This document shows positions 17,301 to 26,763 of a stretch of 32,000 bases of DNA, piece after piece. Origin of the DNA: Pirellula staleyi DSM 6068 (GTDB taxonomy: Bacteria > Planctomycetota > Planctomycetia > Pirellulales > Pirellulaceae); NCBI GenBank assembly GCA_000025185.1, contig CP001848.1, forward strand, positions 2,610,001-2,642,000. Direction: 5' to 3'. Position 1 is the stretch's first letter, and every line of letters starts with the position of its first letter. The notes beneath the pieces were generated by a model that saw only the letters and a list, made by a program, of their open reading frames with translations, made no database searches and had not been told where the DNA came from. The position numbers and the translations under genes are program-made.

Positions 17301-18313
17301 GTCTGCAAGATCTTCAGGTGACGATTGAAGTCCGCTTCATCACCCTGAGCGATCGGTTCTTCGAACGTATCGGTATCGACTTCGACTTCAACATCGATGA
17401 CAACACCGGTCTGAACAACGTGACCGATCAGCTGCCAACGGCTAACCAGCCTGGCCAAGGTGTGTACGACGATAGCTCGCCGAGCCTCAACTTTGGTTTG
17501 AACCCCACGACCGGTTTGCCTTCGGCAGATCTTGACCTGGGTTTCCGTCAAGGTAGTTTCGGATCGGCTGTTCCTCAGTTCGGTGGTTTCGATGCCGGTA
17601 CGGCCGCCAGCTTCGGCTTTGCGATCCTCAGCGACATCGAAGTGTTCTTCCTGCTCAACGCCGCTCAAGGTGACGACCGGACGAACATTCTGCAAGCTCC
17701 AAAGGTGACACTGTTCAACGGTCAGCAGGCATTCGTTTCGGATACCTCGCAACGTCCGTTCGTGATCAGCGTGATTCCTGTGGTGGGCGACTTTGCCGCC
17801 GCTCAGCAACCTGTGATCGCGGTTCTGAACGAAGGAACCTCGCTCTCGGTGCAGGGTGTGGTCTCGCCTGACCGCCGCTTTGTGCGACTCACGATGGTGC
17901 CGTTCTTCAGCACGATTGGCGACGTCGACACGTTTACCTTCACTGGTAGCACGACGACCGACAGCGGTTCGGTGATTCAAGATCCTTCGAACCCTGACGA
18001 GAATGCGACCGACAACGTTCGCACGACGACCGAAGGTACGACCGTTCAGCTCCCAACGTTTGCCTTCACCACGGTTACCACCACGGTGAGCGTGCCAGAC
18101 GGCGGAACGGTGCTGCTGGGTGGTATCAAGCGTTTGCGTGAAGGTCGTAACGAACGTGGTGTACCGCTGCTGAGCAAGGTGCCTTACGTCAGCCGACTCT
18201 TCAAGAACGTTGGTATCGGCCGTGAAGCTCAAAGCCTGATGATGATGGTCACTCCACGCATCATCATTCAGGAAGAAGAAGAAGAGAAACTCGGTATCGA
18301 TCTGCCACAGTAA
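14366..18313 (+). CDS. Giant secretin-family outer-membrane channel protein (type II/III secretion system protein family)
   Basis: 1315-aa ORF. The track start is GTG 14366. An in-frame TTG at 14396 has AGGAGA 6 nt upstream and is an alternative start. The signal peptide is FLIGSVALATMLSASVVQGA. An STN/N0-like block lies at aa ~726-815 (RPLSEVLDTLGKMTGINIFLDPQG...LKSALNLLLENHGLSYVIQNEVLRITS). The C-terminal secretin domain contains LQVTIEVRFITLSDRFFERIGIDF, ILQAPKVTLFNGQQAFV, VSVPDGGTVLLGGI, GVPLLSKVPYVSRLFKN and MMMVTPRII. Confidence 0.9.
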   Translation: MRNIRNRRIALKASVQFLIGSVALATMLSASVVQGAPHGVAAWTIANTATGQFGASAGPRREADDLLRQARKALKDGDFALADTLIGKAEKLNVQYDALTERFYDTPAKLRKVLEEEKAKASGKPAGGMSLPSARFPALLGGKDEPQAQAIPASPFPAPTREEALSQLTNDSQVKARSLLAEARGALAAGNKPAAIAAYQKVLAIPAQYGPTDDSPQRLAADMARAGIDVTSVAPAPSATSPFMLRPSDIDPAAQRLPIDGQAPVAAPEAAMVQQNPSPYALPEGPSNPLNPAPRVGGGSFQPADAASQPQRMPAPEAPTKAEAQRLIAQARFALDKGDLRTAKLFAAQAEAMRLPAEAFGPGEIQPWQVMLDIDRASQQRGGVQLANNEVPAAPAGGGYPVTQGMYNPGQDNSRNVAASSTAAVLNRQGGSPGAALYEEGLAALQNQDRETAFAKFKEAWKFESQLDPETRQQLKDKLNSMSAAVNPLPLQPLDGQPSPLEQVNSQQELLRQKLYREISSEVKSAEQLAASEPRTALENLNKLRTRIASAEVEPAALKQLLTIVDRKVSELTIYIEQNESTISNDERNASIRADLVRSEQLKLQTQDKLAQLVENFNELMDQRRFPEAEVIAKQAREIAPNEPVVVNMVEKSRLARGIYESMMTDEAKATNFIAAMESVHQSGVAFDDRTPLVFGDAKKWSELTRSRKSLLERRTKLSPAELEIERSLGKPIEARFENRPLSEVLDTLGKMTGINIFLDPQGLHAEGVTSDTPVSLNLQQPISLKSALNLLLENHGLSYVIQNEVLRITSEQTRNSNVYPQTYYVADLVIPIPNFVPSYNIGLPGAIRESLNSMGYGMPARAMSTGPLTLAQGEDNKAATPSNASVLAQMGAANVLPGSGAQRGPTSLGGGPGGMGGGVQADFDTLIELITSTIAPTTWDEVGGPGSISGFDVNLSLVVSQTQEVHEQIADLLEQLRRLQDLQVTIEVRFITLSDRFFERIGIDFDFNIDDNTGLNNVTDQLPTANQPGQGVYDDSSPSLNFGLNPTTGLPSADLDLGFRQGSFGSAVPQFGGFDAGTAASFGFAILSDIEVFFLLNAAQGDDRTNILQAPKVTLFNGQQAFVSDTSQRPFVISVIPVVGDFAAAQQPVIAVLNEGTSLSVQGVVSPDRRFVRLTMVPFFSTIGDVDTFTFTGSTTTDSGSVIQDPSNPDENATDNVRTTTEGTTVQLPTFAFTTVTTTVSVPDGGTVLLGGIKRLREGRNERGVPLLSKVPYVSRLFKNVGIGREAQSLMMMVTPRIIIQEEEEEKLGIDLPQ

Positions 18314-18407
18314 TGTGGTCTTCGAGTGACCGATGGTGAGTCGCCGCCAGCGTTTGGCTTGTGGCGACCCACGCTAAAAAATCCTTAGGATTTGTTCGAT
18401 CGAGGCG

Positions 18408-18460
18408 GGCCGTTGCATGTTTCCACCCCCCGGACATGCATCGGCCTTCCTTGTTTTCTT
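18408..18460 (+). terminator. Intrinsic terminator after the secretin gene
   Basis: 13-position stem GGCCGTTGCATGT / ACATGCATCGGCC (12 bp with one mismatch), a 13-nt loop, then the T-rich tail TTCCTTGTTTTCTTG. It lies 95 nt after the stop at 18313. Confidence 0.6.
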
Positions 18461-18607
18461 GACCCCCGATTGCTTCTTGCCGAGCGGGCGGATCATTTGC
18501 ACCACTGCCCAGCGGGCCGCTGCGAGGGCATACTAAGCCTTAGTGTGGTGAAATGAATTGCTCGAAACGCGATCTGTTTCGAGCCGACTCCTCGAGGAAT
18601 CGATCCG

Positions 18608-19093
18608 ATGGCGGGCGCTAAAACCTGGTTGGTGATGGGGGCGTTTGTGGGAGCGATGGCAGTCGCTTTTGGCGCGTTTGGAGCGCACTCGCTACCCCAG
18701 TTCTTCGAGGCGATGGAGTTCACCCTCAGCGAGCGGGAGAAGGGACTCAGAAACTGGGAAACAGCCGCCCAGTATCAGATGTATCACGCCATCGCGCTGA
18801 TCGCGCTCGGGCTCTATGCCTCGAAATTCCCGGGCCTCTTGCCCACCCTCGCTGGTTATTCTTTTTTCTTCGGACAGCTGATCTTCAGTGGCTTGCTCTA
18901 CGCCCTGGTCCTTTCCAAGGTCACGATCTTGGGGGCCATTGTGCCGATTGGTGGCACGCTGATGATTGTCGGCTGGGTGCTGTTTGGCATCGCGGCCTGG
19001 CGCAACACCGAAGTGGCGACGACGCAGCCGCTGTCGAGCAAGCCCGAAGTGCCGCCGAAGGAAGAACTCGCTCCGTCGGAAGCGACCGCGTAG
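18608..19093 (+). CDS. DUF423 (YgdD/TMEM256-like) small membrane protein
   Basis: 161-aa ORF with four hydrophobic helices. The blocks GAFGAH, AAQYQMYHAIALIALG and GQLIFSGLLY are typical of DUF423. It has a ~35-aa Pro/Glu-rich C-terminal tail. Confidence 0.8.
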   Translation: MAGAKTWLVMGAFVGAMAVAFGAFGAHSLPQFFEAMEFTLSEREKGLRNWETAAQYQMYHAIALIALGLYASKFPGLLPTLAGYSFFFGQLIFSGLLYALVLSKVTILGAIVPIGGTLMIVGWVLFGIAAWRNTEVATTQPLSSKPEVPPKEELAPSEATA

Positions 19094-19263
19094 AAGCGTG
19101 GCCCGAGTGATGTGTTGTCCTCGCCGCCAACCGAATAGACAGCGGCGCGGCCCAAGATTGCTTCGCGCGGCAGGGGAGCTTAGGCTGTTGCGTAGCTGCG
19201 AACTCGTTTCGCACGTTCCTTCCTTACTCTCCCACCCCCCTCGATGGATATCGGAGTTCTGCC

Positions 19264-19800
19264 ATGAAGTGGATGATTGGTTGTCTCTCGCTCGCGCTGG
19301 TGAGCCTGTTTGTCTCGCTGAATTACGCTGCAGAAGAGATCAAAGTGGGGGACGATGCTCCCGATTTTGAAATGGTGGGGAGCGACGGCAAAACCTACAA
19401 GCTCTCCGATTTCAAGGGAAAGCAGGCAGTAGTTGTCGCCTGGTATCCACGCGCCTTCACCGGCGGCTGCACGAAGGAATGCGAGAGCTTTAAGAAAGAA
19501 GGGGCGTCGATTCGCGAGTACAACGTCGCTTACTTCACCGCCAGCTGCGATCCTGCCGACAAGAACAAAGCGTTTGCCGAATCGCTGTCGGTCGACTATC
19601 CCATTCTGAGCGATCCCGATGGAAGTGTGGCCACGAAGTACGGCATCTTCAATGCCGAACGTAAGGCGGCTGCTCGCTGGACGTTCTACGTCGGCGAGAA
19701 TGGCAAGATTCTCCACATCGACAAGACGGTGAAGACCACCTCGCATGGTAGCGACGTCGCTGCGAAGCTTGGCGAACTGGGTGTAGCGAAGAAAAAATAA
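19264..19800 (+). CDS. Exported peroxiredoxin (AhpC/TSA-Bcp-like)
   Basis: 178-aa ORF with the signal peptide MKWMIGCLSLALVSLFVSLNYA. The thioredoxin-fold blocks are GDDAPDFEM, KGKQAVVVAWYPRAFTGGCTKEC and YPILSDPDG. The peroxidatic Cys sits in a C-T-K-E-C arrangement. Confidence 0.85.
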   Translation: MKWMIGCLSLALVSLFVSLNYAAEEIKVGDDAPDFEMVGSDGKTYKLSDFKGKQAVVVAWYPRAFTGGCTKECESFKKEGASIREYNVAYFTASCDPADKNKAFAESLSVDYPILSDPDGSVATKYGIFNAERKAAARWTFYVGENGKILHIDKTVKTTSHGSDVAAKLGELGVAKKK

Positions 19801-19829
19801 GGCTGCTTAGCCCGCTGTGTTTTCTTGCT

Positions 19830-19858
19830 GCGACCTCGCCTCGGATGTGCGAGGTCGC
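19830..19858. terminator. Perfect 10-bp hairpin between the convergent peroxiredoxin and ligA genes (non-canonical terminator candidate)
   Basis: GCGACCTCGC / GCGAGGTCGC with a 9-nt loop. It sits 30 nt after the stop at 19800 and ends 2 nt before the ligA stop at 19861. A T-rich run precedes the hairpin rather than following it on the + strand, so it is not a textbook terminator. Confidence 0.4.
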
Positions 19859-19860
19859 CA

Positions 19861-21948
<2,088 letters not shown>

Positions 21949-21954
21949 TTAAAT

Positions 21955-21983
21955 AGTGTACAAGTGTCACTTTTGTGTGTCAA
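21955..21983 (-). promoter_or_regulatory. Candidate sigma70-type promoter for ligA, overlapping the 3' end of the upstream gene
   Basis: The minus strand reads TTGACA (21983-21978), 17 nt spacer, TACACT (21960-21955). The stop codon TGA of the upstream CDS (21969-21967) lies in the spacer. The region is locally AT-rich, and ATG 21891 lies ~64 nt downstream of the -10 element. Confidence 0.35.
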
Positions 21984-23268
21984 TGAGCCAGCGCGATTCG
22001 AGCAGCTCGATATCGTCGACTTCAAACGGAATCTTGGCGTCGCTGCGAATCTGGATCTCGGTCCCGCCAGGTCGCCCGCGCGCGATCAGCAAAAAGTTGA
22101 TCGGCACCGTCTCCCAGACGTTGGCCTGCGCCAAAGGGCGATCGATCACCGCCACACGATAGCCGGTGTCGTCGCAGAGTAAAATAGTGACCGCTTGAGG
22201 CTGGCTTGTTCGAAGGCGAACCCGCAGCGAAGGATGCACGGGGCTGTTGAGTGGCACGGCGATGCCAAAGAAGTTGCTCTCGTCGTGATGAATCGCGGGC
22301 CAAGTGGGTGGATTGCCCCACGCCCATTTGCGATACGCACGTCCGAGCAAGGCGATGGTCATCGAGGTCAGGATTGAGAGCGAGAAAATCAAGACCACCC
22401 ACACCACCACACTGCCGATCGCCAGCGGAACAATTTGGGAGAGCAAGATCGGTTCGTCCGCTTCCTCGCGAAACGTTGCTTCCTGCGACGATTCCAGCGC
22501 GCAGTAGGTGATCGCCACCGCAGCCATGGCGAGCACGAACGGTGCTACCAAGCGGGCCAGTCGTGTGTAGCCACTCCGTCGCATCGCGCGCACAGCAGCA
22601 GCGCGATACTGCTCGAAATTCACTAGTTCCGTAGGTCCCGTTGGCAAATAGCCCAGTTCGTCCATTTGCTCGACTGAGGCAGTCAGCTCGAACACGAGTG
22701 AACCGAGATTTTCGCGAAGTCGTGCTAGAAAACCTTGTCCCCCTGGAGATTGTTTGTCAGCTTGTTGCTGCAGCGGATTGGTCGCAACCGGAAGCACGCT
22801 GTGTGTCGACGCATAAGGGTTGCTGAGCGACGTCGCCTCGACTTCCACATCTGCGCCGAGCAGTTCGGGCTTTTCGCGCATCCACGCTTGGTCGGTGCTC
22901 GTGTCGGGCTCGGTCGGCTCGGCCACAATCAGCGTGAGGGGATCGGGCTCGCGCGGCTGAAACGGATCGGCATGACAGGCTGGGCAGCGATCGGACGCTA
23001 AGGCTTGCTGGGCATCGCTCAGATAAAACTGCTCACTACAACGAAAGCAGTAGAACGGCAGGGCGTTGCGTAGACCAAAAAGGGACAGCGCACCACCGGC
23101 AATTCCGAAGACGATCAGCAGCACCGGCATGCCACCGAGCGCGTCGATAGCGTACTGGGTGATTCCGATTACGCCGCAGGCAAGAAAGAATGCCGACAGC
23201 GAAATGCCCACCACCGATTCGCGACGCTTCATGCGCACTAGCACGGTGAGTTGCTGTTTCGGCTGCAT
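21967..23268 (-). CDS. Polytopic membrane protein with a cytoplasmic CxxC...CxxC zinc-ribbon, hypothetical
   Basis: 433-aa ORF. Two N-terminal helices are followed by YCFRCSEQF...RCPACH. An acidic/Pro-rich linker and two more helices follow (LVAPFVLAMAAVAITYCAL, IVPLAIGSVVVWVVLIFSLSILTSMTIALL). The C-terminal ~110 aa are beta-rich. ATG 23232 is an alternative start. Confidence 0.7.
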   Translation of the reverse strand: MQPKQQLTVLVRMKRRESVVGISLSAFFLACGVIGITQYAIDALGGMPVLLIVFGIAGGALSLFGLRNALPFYCFRCSEQFYLSDAQQALASDRCPACHADPFQPREPDPLTLIVAEPTEPDTSTDQAWMREKPELLGADVEVEATSLSNPYASTHSVLPVATNPLQQQADKQSPGGQGFLARLRENLGSLVFELTASVEQMDELGYLPTGPTELVNFEQYRAAAVRAMRRSGYTRLARLVAPFVLAMAAVAITYCALESSQEATFREEADEPILLSQIVPLAIGSVVVWVVLIFSLSILTSMTIALLGRAYRKWAWGNPPTWPAIHHDESNFFGIAVPLNSPVHPSLRVRLRTSQPQAVTILLCDDTGYRVAVIDRPLAQANVWETVPINFLLIARGRPGGTEIQIRSDAKIPFEVDDIELLESRWLIDTQK

Positions 23269-23301
23269 TGCCCCGGAGCCTCTCGAGGAAAGGGAAAGCC
23301 G

Positions 23302-23619
23302 CTACGTCGCAGCAGGGGGCTCCGTCGGTTTCGTCGAGTCGCTCGTCGGCTTGCCTTCCCCGGTCAATTTGCCTTCCCCGGTCCAGTAGTCGTCGGTTCC
23401 GATCGCAAGGAACGTCAGCACTGTCAGCAGCCCTAGTTCCACCATGATGACTTGCGTGCCATAGCTCGACATGAAGTTAATCATCCCCGACTCGGTCGGT
23501 CGACGTGGATCGGCATTGCGTACGGTCATCGTGAAATAGGCACACGCGGTGATGGCAAACAGCACACCCACCACCAGCAAGGCTGCGTAAAACGGATTCG
23601 AACGTTTTTTCAGGGACAT
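23302..23619 (-). CDS. Small two-helix membrane protein, hypothetical
   Basis: 105-aa ORF with helices FYAALLVVGVLFAITACAYF and VIMVELGLLTVLTFLAIG. The tail carries the duplicated TGEGKL/TGEGKP. It ends 33 nt upstream of the next minus-strand gene. Confidence 0.6.
   Translation of the reverse strand: MSLKKRSNPFYAALLVVGVLFAITACAYFTMTVRNADPRRPTESGMINFMSSYGTQVIMVELGLLTVLTFLAIGTDDYWTGEGKLTGEGKPTSDSTKPTEPPAAT
23351..23386 (-). repeat. 18-nt in-frame tandem duplication (2 copies, 16/18 identical)
   Basis: The + strand reads ttgccttccccggtcaat followed by ttgccttccccggtccag. On the minus strand this encodes TGEGKL-TGEGKP in the tail of the 105-aa protein. Confidence 0.7.
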
Positions 23620-23862
23620 CGCGGCGGCCTATCGACGGGAAAATCGTGACACAAACTCGAGCACATCGCTTTCGGCTCTCCTCGATTCTAGCAAGCTGCT
23701 GCCATCAGCGCCACCAAGGTCCCCTGCCCAAATGCCAGGACAGCTGGTGGTTGCTTGACCCTGGCGATATACTAACGAGTTCGTTTCCTGCGGAAATTCT
23801 GGGCTAGAGCGACAGCAAGAGAGGCCGCCTCGAGGGGTGGCAAAAACGCAAAGGAATTCGGT

Positions 23863-26763
23863 TTGAACGAGCCGGCGAGCGAGCCAATAGACGATCCTTC
23901 GACGGGCGATCGGTCGATCGAACTGCGCGGTGTGGAAGTTCACAACTTGCGCATGGTCGACCTCGATGTCCCCCTCGGGAAACTCGTCGTATTTTGCGGT
24001 GTGAGCGGGAGCGGAAAAACCAGCCTCGCGCTCGATACACTCTATGCCGAAGGCCAGCGCCGCTACCTCGAAAGTTTTTCGGTCTATACCCGTCAGTTCC
24101 TGCAGAAGCTCGAAAAGCCCGACGTCGAGCGGATCGATAATCTGCCAGCGGCCATCGCGGTCTCGCACGACGATGCTGCCCGCTCGAGTCGCTCCACCAT
24201 CGGCACCGCCACCGAAACACTCGACTACTTGCGGCTCTTAATGGCCAAAGTGGCCGAGCTCACTTGCCACGGCTGTGGCAAATCGATTCGTAAAGCATCC
24301 GCCTCGACCATCGCCGCTGAAGTGCAGTCGCTCGATCCCTCGACCAAGCTAATGCTCGGTTTTTTTGAGCCGGTCCCCGAAGGAATCGCTCTCGAAACCC
24401 TCGCGGCCTCGCTTCGTGGTCGCGGCTTCTCGCGCGGCGTGGTGGGCGAGACGAGTTTCATGCTCGATACGATTCCGAGCGAGATGGTCAGCTCCAGCGC
24501 GAGTGAACTTGGCGTGATCGTCGATCGCATCACACCGACTGTGGCTCAGCAGCGTTTGCTCGATTCGCTTGAAACGTCCCTCACCAGTGGCGGCGGCGCC
24601 TGTGTTCTGTGGCGCGCCGTGCGCGACGACGAAACCAGCACGCCCGATGTCGTGGTGATCGACGGTCAGCGCTGGCAGCGGCTCGATTACTCTCAGCGTT
24701 TGCAGTGCCGCGCGTGCCAAATCGTCTACAGCGATCCCACGCCGCAGCTCTTCAGCTTCAACAGCCCGCTGGGGGCCTGCAATGTGTGCGAAGGTTTTGG
24801 CAGCACGATCGACCTCGACGACGCACTGATTGTTCCCGATCGCTCGAAATCGATTCGCGAAGGGGCCATTGCCCCCTGGAATTCCCCCGCCTATTTGCAC
24901 GAACTGCAAGAACTGCTGGCCCTGGCACCCGACTACAAATTGCCGGTCGATGTGCCGTACAGCGAGCTCACCGAAAAGCATAAGCAGCTGATTCGCGAAG
25001 GTGTTCCAGAACGAGATTTCGGCGGTCTACGTGGCTTCTTTGCCTGGCTCGAGCGCCGCAAGTACAAGATGCACATTCGGGTGTTCCTCAGCCGCTGGCG
25101 CTCGAGCAAATTGTGTCATGCCTGTCATGGCGCGCGGCTGAACGCCGAATCGCTCAGCTGGCGCATCGCCGGAAAGAACATCAGCGAAATCACCGCGCTC
25201 CGGATCGACGAAGCGGCTGAACTGCTCGCCGCGCTCTCGCTCAGCGCGACACAAAAAAAGCTCGCCCGCGTGATGCTCGATCAGATTCAGTCGCGGCTGG
25301 CGTTCCTTCGGCAGGTGGGCCTCGGCTACCTGAAACTCGACCGAACCTTACGCACCCTCAGTGGTGGCGAAGCACAGCGCGTCGCGCTCACCTCGGCGCT
25401 CGGCAGTAGCCTGGTGAACATGCTCTACGTTCTCGACGAACCCTCGGTGGGGCTCCATCCTTCGGATGTCGAGCGTTTGCTCGTGGCAGTGAAAGGGCTT
25501 CGCGACCGTGGCAACACCGTGGTGCTGGTCGAACACGAAGAGCAAATGCTGCGCGAGTCCGATTGGCTCGTCGAAGTGGGGCCCGGAGCAGGAGATGCTG
25601 GTGGCAACATCACCTTCAGCGGCGAGCTCGACGAAATGCTCGCAGGGACAACCGTCACCGGCGATTTTCTCGCAGGTCGACGCGGGGTCGCAATTCCCGC
25701 TGCACGTCGCACTGCCACGCGAGGCTGGCTCAAGCTGAGCGGAGCTCGTGGCAATAACCTGAAGAACCTCACGGTCGAATTTCCACTCGGTGTAATGTGC
25801 CTGGTGACCGGCGTGAGTGGCAGCGGCAAAAGCACCCTCGTTCAAGAGACTCTCTACGGCGCGCTCTGCAAACGGAAGCGCAAAGATTGCGATCCGCCAC
25901 TCGACTATGACGACGTTGTGGGGGATGGTCAGATCGACGATGTGATTCTTGTCGATCAAAGTCCAATCGGCCGGAGTGGTCGCTCGAATCCTGTCACCTA
26001 CATCAAAGCTTTCGATCCGATTCGGGCCGTTTTTGCCGAACAAGTCGATGCGCGGACCCACAACTACACCGCTGGACATTTCAGCTTCAACGTCGATGGG
26101 GGGCGCTGCGATGCCTGCCAAGGAGAAGGTTTCCTCCGGATCGATATGCAGTTCCTCGCCGATGTCCTCCGAAAATGCCCCGCCTGTGGTGGCTCGCGCT
26201 ATCGCAAAGAAATTCTGCAGGTGAAATATCGGGGACGCAGCATCGCGGAAGTCCTCGAAATGACCGCCCGCGAAGCGTTCAGCTTCTTTCGAGGACAGCC
26301 GAAAGTACAAGGAAAACTCAAGCAGCTGATCGACGTCGGGCTCGACTACCTGCGGCTCGGTCAGCCTGCGAGCACGCTCTCTTCGGGAGAAGCCCAGCGT
26401 TTGAAGCTTGCCGCTTTTCTTTCCGAAGCCTCCCGAAATCGCACCCTGTTTATTCTCGACGAACCGACCACTGGACTCCACTTTGCCGACGTCGTGAAAT
26501 TGCTCGATTGCTTCGAGGCGCTCCTCGATGTGGGACATTCACTCATCATCGTCGAGCATAACCTGCAGCTGATGCGCGCCGCTGACTACCTGATCGACCT
26601 CGGCCCTGGAGCCGGTGATGCAGGTGGAACGGTCATCGCGCAAGGAACTCCCGAGCAGGTTGCCACCTCGCCGCTGTCGCTGACGGGAAAATACCTCGCC
26701 GCTTCGCTGGCCGAAGTGCAGGGGAGATCAGCCGCCGAAATCGCCGCTGCAGGTTCCCCATGA
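23863..26763 (+). CDS. uvrA: UvrA-family excinuclease ABC subunit A, divergent and possibly a paralog
   Basis: 966-aa ORF with a TTG start and AAAGGA 7 nt upstream. It has two ABC modules with Walker A motifs GVSGSGKTSL and GVSGSGKSTL and signatures LSGGEAQR and LSSGEAQR. The block DTLYAEGQRRYLESFSVYTRQF is UvrA-typical. The Zn modules are CHGCG, CRAC...CNVCEG, CHACHG and CDACQGEG...CPACGG. It is full-length and collinear with E. coli UvrA as I recall it, but clearly more divergent than typical orthologs. Confidence 0.9.
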   Translation: MNEPASEPIDDPSTGDRSIELRGVEVHNLRMVDLDVPLGKLVVFCGVSGSGKTSLALDTLYAEGQRRYLESFSVYTRQFLQKLEKPDVERIDNLPAAIAVSHDDAARSSRSTIGTATETLDYLRLLMAKVAELTCHGCGKSIRKASASTIAAEVQSLDPSTKLMLGFFEPVPEGIALETLAASLRGRGFSRGVVGETSFMLDTIPSEMVSSSASELGVIVDRITPTVAQQRLLDSLETSLTSGGGACVLWRAVRDDETSTPDVVVIDGQRWQRLDYSQRLQCRACQIVYSDPTPQLFSFNSPLGACNVCEGFGSTIDLDDALIVPDRSKSIREGAIAPWNSPAYLHELQELLALAPDYKLPVDVPYSELTEKHKQLIREGVPERDFGGLRGFFAWLERRKYKMHIRVFLSRWRSSKLCHACHGARLNAESLSWRIAGKNISEITALRIDEAAELLAALSLSATQKKLARVMLDQIQSRLAFLRQVGLGYLKLDRTLRTLSGGEAQRVALTSALGSSLVNMLYVLDEPSVGLHPSDVERLLVAVKGLRDRGNTVVLVEHEEQMLRESDWLVEVGPGAGDAGGNITFSGELDEMLAGTTVTGDFLAGRRGVAIPAARRTATRGWLKLSGARGNNLKNLTVEFPLGVMCLVTGVSGSGKSTLVQETLYGALCKRKRKDCDPPLDYDDVVGDGQIDDVILVDQSPIGRSGRSNPVTYIKAFDPIRAVFAEQVDARTHNYTAGHFSFNVDGGRCDACQGEGFLRIDMQFLADVLRKCPACGGSRYRKEILQVKYRGRSIAEVLEMTAREAFSFFRGQPKVQGKLKQLIDVGLDYLRLGQPASTLSSGEAQRLKLAAFLSEASRNRTLFILDEPTTGLHFADVVKLLDCFEALLDVGHSLIIVEHNLQLMRAADYLIDLGPGAGDAGGTVIAQGTPEQVATSPLSLTGKYLAASLAEVQGRSAAEIAAAGSP

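Noticed and set aside
15086-18232. Minus-strand ORFs of 440 aa (15086..16408) and 566 aa (16532..18232) inside the secretin gene
   Set aside because: Both are antisense to a CDS with unmistakable secretin motifs. Their translations are low-complexity and Arg/His-rich, and they have no start context.
18379-18393. 15-nt perfect palindrome AAATCCT-T-AGGATTT after the secretin stop
   Set aside because: It is AT-rich and short, flanked by A- and T-runs. It could be a minor bidirectional terminator element or chance. The stronger hairpin at 18408-18460 explains termination.
23620-23862. Search for an SOS/LexA-type operator upstream of the uvrA-like gene
   Set aside because: I found only short inverted repeats (AACGAgtTCGTT at 23774-23785 and TTTCCtgcGGAAA at 23784-23796) next to a lone TATACT (23768-23773) that has no -35 element. 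None matches a LexA box I know (CTGT-N8-ACAG or GAAC-N4-GTTC), so the evidence is too weak to call.
25348-26538. 396-aa minus-strand ORF inside the uvrA-like gene
   Set aside because: It is an antisense shadow of a gene with two complete ABC modules, and it has no recognisable motifs.
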